Source: the human T2T-CHM13v2.0 reference genome, Homo sapiens. Taken from it: a stretch of 64,000 nt of DNA. Shown in pieces: positions 12,775 through 26,229 of this stretch. Position numbers and translations under genes: made by a program. The stretch lies in assembly GCF_009914755.1 (NCBI RefSeq), contig NC_060926.1; one strand, written 5' to 3'. Positions within the stretch are counted from its first letter, which is position 1. Every line of letters starts with the position of its first letter. Under the pieces are notes generated by a model. It was given only the letters and a program-made list of their open reading frames with translations. It searched no databases and was not told the origin of the DNA.

Positions 12775-13216
12775 TAGTATGGTATGGATGTTTTGTCTCC
12801 TCCAAATCTCATGCTGAAATGTGATTCTCCAACATTGGAGGTAGGGCCTGGTGGGAGGTGTTAGGTTCATGGGGGTGGATCCCTCATGAAGGGCTTAGCG
12901 TCATCCTTGCAGTAATGAGTGAGTTCTCCCTTTGTTAGTTCATGTGAAAGCTGCTTGTTTAAAGGAGCCTGGCATCTCCTCCTCTCTCTCTTGTTCCTGC
13001 TCTCACCATGTGATGCACCTACCCCTCCTTCACCTTCTGCCATGATTGTAAACCTCCTGAGGTCCTCGCCAGAAGACAAGCTGATGCTGGTGCCATGTTT
13101 GTACAGCCTGCAGAGCTGTGAGACAAAATAAACCTCTTTTCTTTATAAATTACCCAGCCTCAGGTATTCCTTTATAACAGGTATTCCTTTATAACAATGC
13201 AGAACAGACTAACACA
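12775..13216 (+). mobile_element. MST (MSTB-like) solo LTR with a 17-bp tandem duplication at 13161-13194
   Basis: CCAAATCTCATGCTGAAATGTGA...AAATAAACCTCTTTTCTTTATAAATTACCCAG...GACTAACACA; flanks AGAAT/AGAAG. Confidence 0.88.
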
Positions 13217-13236
13217 AGAAGTATGACTAATATACA

Positions 13237-13237
<1 letters not shown>

Positions 13238-13267
<30 letters not shown>
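13238..13267. repeat. (CA)15 microsatellite
   Basis: Pure CA run. Confidence 0.97.
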
Positions 13268-13268
<1 letters not shown>

Positions 13269-15338
13269 CCAGCCTTACCTGATTACAAAGCCTTTAGAAG
13301 TTACATGAAAAAGAGACATTAAATGCTAAGAATGCTCTAGTTTATCCCCCAGATTAAATCGGCATAAACTGAAGAATTGTTCCATTCTTCCCTGGGATAG
13401 AGACTTTTTTTAAGAGAATTAATTGATTGACGTCATTAAAAATATTTGTGCAGGGTATTATTAACACATGATTCTATATGTATAATGAAAATTAATCAAC
13501 TCTGTTTAACTTAACAAACAACAAAGATGTTATTTTTCTCTGCAGGTTAGATATGGTCAAGCTCAAGGTCATTTGAGTCTCAGTTCACTCACAGTACAAC
13601 CAGAATGCATGCTCAGATTTACTCTTAGACTCACAGAGTCTGTGTTTGCTGGTGAAGTACATGGATTGCATACAGATGAATTCACCTCTGCAGCACAGAA
13701 TTTAAATCAGCCAAGCAAGAAGCCAGCTAGTCTCCAAAATACATGTTAATCTGCCTCCAGAACAAACCCACAGACTGACTAAATATTTTGGTTTCATCAA
13801 AACTCCAACATATCAAACATAACTTCAAATAAGAGTAACGTTAAAAGCAACTAATTTTATCAAATTACCCTTGCATTTATTATAAGGAGTTCTGCTCTGT
13901 TCATCTCGTTTACATTTTCATTAGAGAATAATCAACATTCAGCAAAATGTTTAAAGTGTTCAATTTGATACAGTTTGACATAAATCTGTACCTATGAAAC
14001 CATCACCACAAACAAGACAATGAACACATCCATCCCTCCAAAAGCTTCTTCGAGATATTTTGTAATCTCTCCCTCCTGCCTGTGTCCCTCTTCCCACAGT
14101 CAACCATTGATCTGCTTTCTGTTATTATGGATTAATTTATATTTTCCAAAGTTTTCTATAAATGAAATCATACAATATGTACTCTTCTTCATCTTATTCC
14201 GTTCACTTAGTAAAATTTTGTAGTCACATGTTTTACAGCATTCATATTACTGCACCTATCAGCAGTTCATTAATTTTCGTTTCTGAATAGTATTTCATTG
14301 TATGAGTATACCACTATATTTTTAGCTATTCATTGGTTAGTGGATATTTATTTCCAACTTTTGCCTTTTACAAATAAGGCTGCTATGAATATTTGTGTGC
14401 AAGTCCTTACATGGACATATGCTCTCTTTTTGGTAAATATGGAGAAGAGGAGTGGCTGGGTCATACATTAGGTGCAGGCTTAACTTTTTAAAAATACCTG
14501 CCAAGCTATTTACCAAAGGCGTTGGACCATTTTATATTCCCTCCAGCAGTGTATGAGAGTTCCTGTTACTCCACATCGTCACTAACATTTGGCATGGTCT
14601 GCCATTACTTTTAAATCTTCTATCACAAATGCAGTGGTATCTTTTGCTTTCAATTTATATTTCTCTAGTAACTAAAGATGACAAACTTTTTTTTTGTGCT
14701 TATTTTCCATTGTTAGTTCTTCTTCAGTAACGTGTCTGCTTTAATCTTTTGCCAGTTTTTAATTGGGCTGTTGTCGATTTTCCTACTGTTGACTTCTAAA
14801 AGATCTTTATGTGGATTCTGTTATCAGATACACAGTTTGCAAATATATTTTATCTCAGTCTACAGATTGTCTTTTCAATCTTTTAATAATTTCCTTTAAG
14901 GAGACTATGTTTTGATTTTGATGAAGTTCGTTTGTCAATCTGTTCTTTTACAGGTAATGTTTTTGGAAGAAATCTTTGCCTTACCCAAGTTCACAAATAT
15001 TTTCTCCCATTTATTTTCAGTTTTATAAAGTTTTATATTTAGGTCTATGATCCATTTTGAATTAATTTTTATATGATGAGAGGAATGAATTTAGGTTTAT
15101 TTTTTGCATCTCAATATTCCGTGCCATTTATTGAAAATAAAATCATTTTTTCATTATTGAAAAGAAAATCAAAATTCAATTGAATTGTCTTTGCAACTTG
15201 ATTAAAACTCAATCATTCATATTACTGCACCTATCAGAATGAGTCTGATTCTGGACTTTCTACTCTGTTTCATTGACCTATTTATCTTGTTGTCAGTATC
15301 ACATGGTCTTAGATAATAGTTTGGTATGGGGTCAGGTG

Positions 15339-15399
15339 TAACAAACCTGCACGTTGTGCACATGTACCCTAAAACTTAAAGTATAATAATAATAAAAAA
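15339..15399 (+). mobile_element. ~60-bp 3' terminus of a young L1PA, no TSD
   Basis: TAACAAACCTGCACGTTGTGCACATGTACCCTAAAACTTAAAGTATAATAATAATAAAAAA. Confidence 0.93.
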
Positions 15400-16393
15400 T
15401 CTCCAACTTTGTTTTTCACTCCTAAAAGTGGTTTGACTATTTTAATTTCTTTGCATTTTAGTATCAATTTTATAACTTGTCTATTTCTAGTAAAAGTCTA
15501 CTAGAATTTTTATTGCAATTACTTTGAATCTATAGATAAATTTGGATATACTTCGCATCTTAACGATATTAAATCTTCTGACCTTAAGTAAGGATTTAGG
15601 TCTTCTTTGATTTAAATCTTTATTTTCTCTTAACAATGTTTTCTAATTTTCAATTCACAGGTCTTTAACATGTTTGTTAGATTTGTCTGTTATTATTTCA
15701 TAAATGTTGATGCTGTGATTAATAGAATTTTTAAATTTCAATTTCAAATAATTTATTCATAGTATATAGGAATTCAAGTGATTTTTGCATATTGATTATG
15801 TATCCTGCAAGTTTGCTAAATCAACTTTATACTTGAAGTCTTTTTTGTGGATTCCATCAGATTTTTTCCATGAGCAATGATACATAGCCTATGTAATGAT
15901 AAATCGTCTGTATAGACTGTTTTACTTCATTTCAATCTAAATACCTTTTATGACATTTTCTTGCCTAATTTTACCGTCTAATAGCCTCCAGCTTAATATT
16001 GAATAGAATTGATGAAAAATATATACCTTCATCTTATTCCTGATCTTAGGGGGAAGGTATTTGGTCTTTCAAAATTAGCAAGTATGATGTTAACTCTAAG
16101 TTTTTCATAGATGTTTTTTATCAGGTTAAGGGAGTTTTCTGATGTTACCAGTTTGCTGAGAGTTGTTATCAGAAATAGATGTTGGATTTCACCTGATGTA
16201 ATTTGTTCATATAGCAAGTTATATTCTTTGATTTTCAAAGGTGAAATCAACCCCAGGTTCTTCAGATAAATTATGCTTGGTCATGATGTATTATACTTTG
16301 TATATATCTTGAGATCTGAATTTCTTTTTTTTTTCACATAATGATTTATTTCTGAAAAATTTAGGGTATATGAAAATTATGCAAAAAAATGTG

Positions 16394-16582
16394 TTTTTTT
16401 CTCTTTTTATTATACTTTAAGTTCTAGGGTACATGTACACCACGTGCAGGTTTGTTACATATGTATACATGTGCCATGTTGGTGTGCTGTACCCATTAAC
16501 TCGTCATTTACATTAGGTTTATCTCCTAATGCTATCCGTCCCCCCTCCCCCATCCCACGACAGGCCCCAGTGTGTGATGTTC
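16394..16582 (-). mobile_element. 5'-truncated L1PA 3' UTR (~190 bp)
   Basis: TTATTATACTTTAAGTTCTAGGGTACATG...CAGGCCCCAGTGTGTGATGTTC. Confidence 0.93.
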
Positions 16583-17075
16583 AAAAACCTCGTTTAGAAA
16601 ATGTGCCTTTATGTTCATGAGGGCTGTTGATCTGTATTGGGCCATTTCCTGAAATGTCTTTGTCTACTCTGGGTTTCAGGTAATGCTGGCCTCAGGCAAT
16701 AAATTACAAAGTAATTCTTCTTTTTCAGTTTTCTGTAACAATTTGTGTAGAATTGGTATTATCTCTTCTTAAAAAAGTTAGTAGAATTTACCAGTGAAAT
16801 AATCTGGGCCTGTAGTTTCCTTTGTGGGAATGTTTTTAACCATAAATTCAATTTTCTAATAGACTCAGGTTATATATTTTTGTGCATGTGAACTCCACTA
16901 ATTTGTGTCTTTGAAGGAATTTGATCATTTCATCTAGGTTTTCAAATATAAAAACATAATATTTTTAATAATATTCCTTTTTAATATCCATAGAGCCTAT
17001 ATCGATTTCATCTCTTTGATTCATAATTCTGGAAAATTGTGTCTTCTCTATTCCTCATCAAACTCTAGAAGTTAA

Positions 17076-17516
<441 letters not shown>

Positions 17517-17714
17517 CAGTTTGAAATCTTAAAATACAGGAGGAAATACTGAAGTATGAGAGGAAGATAAAAGAATAAGTTGAATTTAAATAGGCCAAGT
17601 CTATGGCTTTAACTTTCCTAAAATAAAAATTAGTTTTAACAAGGAAAATTAAAACACCTTTTCTAGGAGCATTTGATTTCATTAATAAGAGACACCCAAA
17701 TGTGAGGGTTACAG

Positions 17715-18483
<769 letters not shown>

Positions 18484-20129
18484 TCTAGCAGGTTTATGAG
18501 TGTTATCTCAATTTAAAAATCCTTGTATTTGGTAGGGCCTTAACACTGATGGAACTCTCACTCTTAAGACTCCCAAGAACAGACCTAATTGCAAATACTA
18601 TGTTACTATGTTCCATGGACTTATAAACTGCCAAGTTGTCCCTCACGTGCCTACATTTCCACATCCACAATGCATTCCAAGATTGTATTACCATCCAAGA
18701 TTGTCACCCAAATCTGTGCTTTGTTTTTTAGGTTCTGTAGTTTAAAAGTTTCATTATATAGATGAGAAATGTGAGGCTTTGAGAAGAGATATGCTCTTTT
18801 CCTTTCGTAAGGTAGAGCCTGTTGGATTCAGGTTTTCCATAGAAAAAATATATTTTTATAAGTCATTAATGAAAATTAAAACATGGATTCTCTTAGTAAC
18901 TTCATAAAGTTCAAGACATCAAACAAGCAGGTGGTGAATGTAATCAGTAGTTTGGCATTTTCACAGCTGTTTGGATAATAAATGCCAGGGAGGATGAATA
19001 ATATATCTTTATTCTGAATTCTAAGAAATATATCATTCTGATTCTTCAAGGCCCCAGCTTATGCTAGAGAATATCCTATACCTCAGGCTCTGGCCTTGTC
19101 CAGCAGGAGAAGAGCACAGCACAGCAGCAACTGTAAATGTTCTTCATGAGATATTCTTACTATTCTGTTTTCAAAGCTATTCAATAAGAGTGCAAAATAA
19201 AAACCTAAGTGTTAGAGATCTCTCCTGACAGTAAATTCTGTGTTTATTGGTGCTTTTGTTTAAAGTGGACCATTCAATATGGCCAGGAATTTAGAAATCT
19301 GAAGGGAAGTATGGAAGCTAGGTAGAAGCATGTTGATTAATAAATAAAACTATCCTTGCTCTCACTGGTCCACTGATACTTAAATCTGTTCTTTGTATAA
19401 ACAGAGATGAGGTCTGCAGTTCTGCAGTTCAAATCTCCCTGAAGAAGAAAATAAGGTTGCACTTGTTTATACTAAAGTGTGAATGACTATCATAGTAGTA
19501 CTATTCCTTTATAATCTAAGGAAAGACAAGCAACTCCTACAAGCTTCTATACCCTCTTATCTAACATTCCCAAAATGTAACCATCATTCTCCCCCTATTT
19601 GTCCTATTTGTCCTTAAAAATAAAGCAGTGATTTTGTATCTCTTCCATGTGCATAATAACTGAGGCCTTTCTCTTGAAACTCAAGCCTAATTCTCAATTG
19701 TCTTTTGGCAAATAAATTGAGATTTGATATAATTTTAATCTCATGGGGGCGAGAAGTTTCACTTCTAGATGTTACTTTTTAGAAGAGTAAAGAAAATGTG
19801 GAGATTTCTGACAGTAGGGCAAGTCCTCAAAGTTGGAAAGGGATATTAGGCCTAAGAGAACTTACTCAAATTCTTGGAAATTATACTTTATTAAAACCTT
19901 TTCCTACCTCTCTATGAGTAATCTTTTTTCTCTCTCTCTTGCTGAGGACTGGAACTCAAAACACACCTGCTCTATGATGCCTCCTTCCCAGAACTACACA
20001 GAAGTTACTGTTTGTCTCTCACATCCAGAGAAATCTTTTGACTTTGCAGATGTCTCATCTTCAAAATGAGATAATAGGAACCAGGAGGTCTGGTGGTACA
20101 TTCTTATTATTTGCAATGTTCCCAGACAG

Positions 20130-21700
20130 ACTTGATTCATTTTTTTAATAAGTATGCATGAATCCTTGTTCTTTGCATGGCACTGGGGTAAGCAGAGCAG
20201 TCAAAATGTTGCAGTGCGTTTCATCTCCTCATCAGGGGCTCACAGTCAAATAACAGATCTCATAATTAGAAGGGCGCGTACTTATTAGAGTTTTAACCTC
20301 TGTTGTAGATGCTAGGAAGTCAGCAATGAACAAAAGATATAAAATTCTTACCCTTGTGGAGCTTATATTCTAGTGACAAGCTTTAAAAAGTAAATTATAC
20401 AGTGTATTAGAAAGTATTAAGTTCTGTGGAGAAAAATACTGCAGGAAAAGGGAAGAGGTGAAGCCAGAGGGATGCAAATTTACGTAGGTTCTAAAAATAA
20501 AAAGCCTCACTGAGGTGATGACATTTAGTCAAATACCTGTAGGAGACTGGAGAGCAAGCTAAGGGGATCTGTTGGTCAATAATGTACCAGAAATGAAATC
20601 GTGTGTTTTACAGCAACATGGGTGCAGCTGGAGGCCATTTGCCTAAGCAAATTAACAGAAAACCAAATATCACATGTTCTTATTTACAAGTGGGAGCTAA
20701 ACCTTGGGTACATATGGACATAAAGACGAAAACAACAGACACGAGGGACTCCAAAAGATGGGAGAAGGGAGGGACGCAGGGCTGAAAAACTTTCTATTAG
20801 TACTGTGTTCACTCTCTGGGTAACAAGATCAATAGAAGCCCAAACTGCAGACTCACACAATATAACCTTGTGATAAGCCTGCATATGTACCTCCTGAATC
20901 TAAAGTAAAAATTAAATTAAAAAAAAAAAGAGTGTAGAAATAGGAAACAATGAGTGCAAAGCCCCCAAGGCAGAAGCATGTGATGAACAATAAGGAAGCC
21001 AGTGTGGTTGGGTCCTAGTGGACAAAGGAAGAGAGCAGACCACCCATGGTATGAAAGGTCATTGCAACTGACTTTTAGACTGAGTCAGATGGAATGATTT
21101 GAGCAGAGAAGTGACATAGTGTCTTTTGCTTTGAAGTGTTCATTCTAGCTGCTCAGCTGAGAAGAGACTGGAAGACAGAATGAAAGCAGAGAGATTGTTT
21201 AGGAGATCATTGCAGTAATCCAGACACGGGGGATACATGCTAGGATTAGCATAATGGAAATGGAGGTGGTGAGAAGTGGTTAAATTCTGGATGTATTTCG
21301 TAGGTGGAGCCAAGATAATTTCAATAGAGACTAGATGTGAACTGTGAGAAAAAGAGAAGAGTCAACTACGACTCTTGAGCGTTTCGCCTGAGCTCCTAGA
21401 AAGATGTTCTTTTCATTTACTGAGATGACGAAGTTTTGCACAAGGAGAGCATCCTGAGTGGGAATAGGGGAAGATCAAAAGTTCAGTTTTGGATTGGTTA
21501 CTCATCCTAGTGGAAATGTCAAGTAGGCAATTGGACAAGCAAAGCTGAGTTCAGGGGAGAAGTCTGGGCTGAAGAGACACATTTGGAAGTCATTGGCATT
21601 TTGATGGAATTTAAGGACATGAAATTTGATGATATCATCATGAGTGTAAGTATACATAGAAAATAGAAGGACTAGCACAATTCCAGGGCTGCATTGCCTC
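20130..21700 (-). mobile_element. L2 remnant, interrupted by an L1PA
   Basis: GTGGAGCTTATATTCTAGTG; GGAAGCCAGTGTGGTTGG; TTGCAGTAATCCAG; AGTTCAGGGGAGAAGTCTGGGCTG. Confidence 0.8.
20591..20929 (+). mobile_element. L1PA15-17/L1PB-type 3' end
   Basis: AATGAAATCGTG...CAGCTGGAGGCCATT...ATGGACATAAAGA...CTGAATCTAAAGTAAAA plus A tail. Confidence 0.88.
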
Positions 21701-22403
21701 TGAGGTCTATAAATGTGTATCTGTGTGTGTGTTAGTTTCTAGTCAACTGCAGTCTGACACTTCTGTAAAAATAAAATAAATTACTAGAAAAAGAAAATGA
21801 AATAAAAATAAATACATATAAAATGCAAGCCCAAATTTGTATTAATATATTCAACAGATATGAAAATACATTTCAATAATATAATCAGGAAAAGCACAAT
21901 GTAGAAAAAAATTACCAAAACTGTGCATTGCTCATTGAAATTATGCATATAGGTGATTAGTGACAGCATTGCATTTATTTTTTATCCTTTTGAAATACAG
22001 CTAAGCAAAACATTAAGAATGAGACAGTGATTTCACATTTTCAAAATCTCTACACACATTTTGAACATTCACTGTATATCAACATTTAACTTTTTAAAGG
22101 GACAAATGAATTTGCTTCTTCCTTGTTAACTTATCTAAGTTGGATTGATGACAAGAGTACTTATTGAGGACAAGGTGTACCTAAATTATTTCTATGTTTT
22201 GTTTTACTATTACTCATGGTAGAAGAGATAGGTTGATGGGTATGGAAGAAAGAATTTTAAAGCAAATTCTCTAGGCTCAAGATATTCATATTTAGCCTTT
22301 ATGTAAAATGAAAGTTATATTTTCAATATCCATCTTCAATTCTTCAGCAGCAGCCACATTCAATGACATATCCTATAACATGTTAGTTGATTTAAATTAT
22401 ATT

Positions 22404-22630
22404 TTTTCAGCTTTATTGAAGTATAATTGACAAATAAAATTGTATATATTTAAAGTGTACAACATGGTATTTAATATACCTATACATTGTAAAATGATTA
22501 ATACAAGCAGGTTAACTAGTTAACACATTCATCACCTCACAATAATCTTTTTTTGTGTGTGCGTGAGAACACTTAAGATCTACTCTCAGTAAATTATAAG
22601 TATCCAATACAATATTATTAACTACAGTTG
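22404..22630 (-). mobile_element. L1MA (MA8/9-like) 3' end
   Basis: CAGCTTTATTGAAGTATAATTGACAAATAAAATTG...ACACTTAAGATCTACTCTC. Confidence 0.85.
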
Positions 22631-23467
22631 GGTTACTTATTTTTTATTGAAATTATTTTTCCATAAAAGACATGGATTCAGATTTTATGTACTTTCACTC
22701 GACTAATTTAAGTGAAAATATCACACTCTATCCTATTTCACATGCCCGGTACACAGCTCACATCACGTGTGTCTCTCCACGAGTTCAACAATGCCCAAAC
22801 TGGTCTGTACCTGATCAGATCATGAACACTAGAAGAGTCTAACTGGGGTAGTGTGGATGCAGCAACACTGTCACTTTGCTCTAAATGTTTCTAAATAAGT
22901 GCTCTCAATATCTGTCCTTGTCTTGTTGTGAGCTGGCAGCAAACAGTTGGTAGACCAGCATTGATTGGTCTATGATCATGCTTCAGCAATGGTTTAGTAA
23001 ATAACTGGGCATTGCAGAACTCCAGATAGCACCAAGATATCTATGTGAATGTGCCCCCTAGTGTAAATCCATGCAGCACCTTAGAGGTCTATGAATTATA
23101 AGAACCAGGAGACTGCAATGTTTTAGAGCTCAGGTTAATGAGAGCTCCATGAAGAAGAATGACATAAAAAGGGGCGAGCCAACTCAGGAGACTATGGTAT
23201 CCTGGAAAGCACATGGTCTGCTAGGTCAAATGCTGCTGATAGGTCAAGTAGGACAAGGCCCGGGAAATGACTTATAGATTTTGTAACATGGTCATTGATG
23301 AGCTAATGGGGAGATTTGCAGTCTGATTAGGAAGCTTCAAGACAGACACCATCAACCAAATCAGTGCCCAGCTGCATTCTCAAAGAGAAGTTGTGTGAAT
23401 GGGCTGTAAGAGTTTTATGAGCCTTCACTGTTTTGACAATAGATGAATTAAAGGCTTCCTTAAAGGA

Positions 23468-24364
<897 letters not shown>

Positions 24365-26229
24365 ATTTAAACATCTCCAGTTGCTGCCAGTGCCCTGACA
24401 CTAAAAAACAAATCAGGAAAATATCTCCCTGCTTGAATCAAGTCCTCCAATTCATTTGAAACACAGTGAAGGCCTTCAGAGGAGGGAGTGCCCAGGGGCT
24501 GCTGCTCTCCAGCATCCACTTCCAAAATAGGCTTTGAGCAGCTGTGTGGTGTTTCACCACCTCCCACAAGGAAGAAGTGAATTAGTATGGCTGCTTCATC
24601 AGGACTCAAAGAGCATTGCAATATTTCCTTAAGCATTTTCCTTTTTTTTTTTTTTCAAGTCTTAGCAGAGGGGAGATGTAGAACAATTTTCAAAATAAAA
24701 CTGATTGCCATGGAGGGCTTTATGAGGGTGAGATATCCATCCAGTCTAAGTACTTATGGGCCTCAGATGAGACCTCAGGAGAGGTCAGGGGGAGCTTCCA
24801 TGGGGGGTAGGGCCGTGGTCCATTGCTGCTGTTTATTTCCTCTTTACCTGAGAAACGTGTGGGCTGGACTCCCTGGCCCTGGGAAGGGCCCTGGCAGCCT
24901 GGGTAGTGGAGATGCCTCTTCTCTATCCTTATGTAATTATTTGTGGCTGTGTGGTCTTGATTATCTTGACATTTAAATGCTGAGTAATTTTCTCAAAACA
25001 TTCACACTCTCTGAGGGATGAATGCAATTTCTGCTGTGTTTCAGACGGCAGTGTATAAATGGGGTAAAAACTGCATATAAGGGCCTGGAGCTGGTGGGGT
25101 TGGGGGACTTTTGAGAACCCAGAAGCTAAAAGTCAAAAGCTGTTTTGAAGAATTTAACTGCTTTAAGCCCCATAGTGATATTCACAACCTGAGCACATTA
25201 ATTGGAAGAAGTTGAACAGAGAATCAGAAGGGAATTCTCAGATGGGGCAGAGCTGGTGCAAGCTCCTGGGGACACCCGCACAGCTTTGAATGAGGGAAAC
25301 GAGGGCAGTCAAATCTCCTCATGCTGATCCCAAGGCCTAAACCCCACCTTATTTGACATTTGAGCTATAAAATCTAGAGAAGACATCTCATCTTCAGTAG
25401 GAAGTAAGAAACGGCCTTCCCACAGGGAAGGAAGGGGGAATGAGACTTCTCAGGAGCCCTAAACCTAGACCCAGCCTAAATCTGCTGAAACTAGTGAAAA
25501 GAAGCCAGCTGGAGGTAGACTGTCAGAAACAAAATCCTGAAAGGGCAGATGCGTCCAGGGGGTTGCCAGAGAGTGAAGAAGGATATGTCCCTGCGTCAGC
25601 ATTGTGCTAGGCCCAGCTAAGCATGTAGTGATCAGCCACCACACGCAGGGCCTAGGAGTGGAAGGTGCTCCTGTGGCATGGAGAATGATGGTGGTGCAGG
25701 GCCTGAGACTGGCCTTGATCCTGAGTCAGGAGGAGAGACTTCCTCAGAACCAGAAGAAATCAGTCAATGGGGGCAGAGTGGATGGAGAGGTAAGCGGGAA
25801 GTGAAGGGGTTGGAGGGAACAGAGTCACTTTATAGTATTCCATAATATTCCACACTTCTGTAGTGGGAGAAACCCCTGTTACCCTAGTCTGGGAGTGCCC
25901 CTTGAAGGGCCCAAGGAATCCTAGCAGGAGGAGGTTCAAAAAGAGCAAGTCTGCTCGGCTCAGAGCTCATGATCAGATCTGTGTTTGCATTACAGGGGCC
26001 AGCCCACTCTGGGAAATCAAAATGCCTTCCAGTGGAATCTTTCCAAGGTTCCTTCTCATTTGCCCACATAAACCTATTTGGGGATTTTCACTGGGAAACA
26101 GTTACCACCACTTCCTCTGGTGACTTCATGGTTTCTTTCCTATTCTGACGCTTTATGATTCTATTTAAAATTCCTTTGTAAATAAAGTTAGGTGATAGGA
26201 CAAATACATTTTATTATGTTTTCCCAAGT

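Larger units (their letters stand above)
11904..13234 (+). mobile_element. MLT2 (MLT2D/B-like) solo LTR hosting an AluSp and an MST LTR
   Basis: TATGATGGCTCATTTTATGTGTCAACTTGACTGG start; CTCCTATTGGTT...GGAGAA|insert|TGACTAATATA end. Confidence 0.8.

Noticed and set aside
21690-23000. Possible ancient hAT/Charlie remnant around the L1MA
   Set aside because: Only a vague resemblance; termini and family could not be fixed.
24587-24976. 129-aa ATG ORF
   Set aside because: Runs through a poly-T tract, resembles no protein I know, and its length is compatible with chance.
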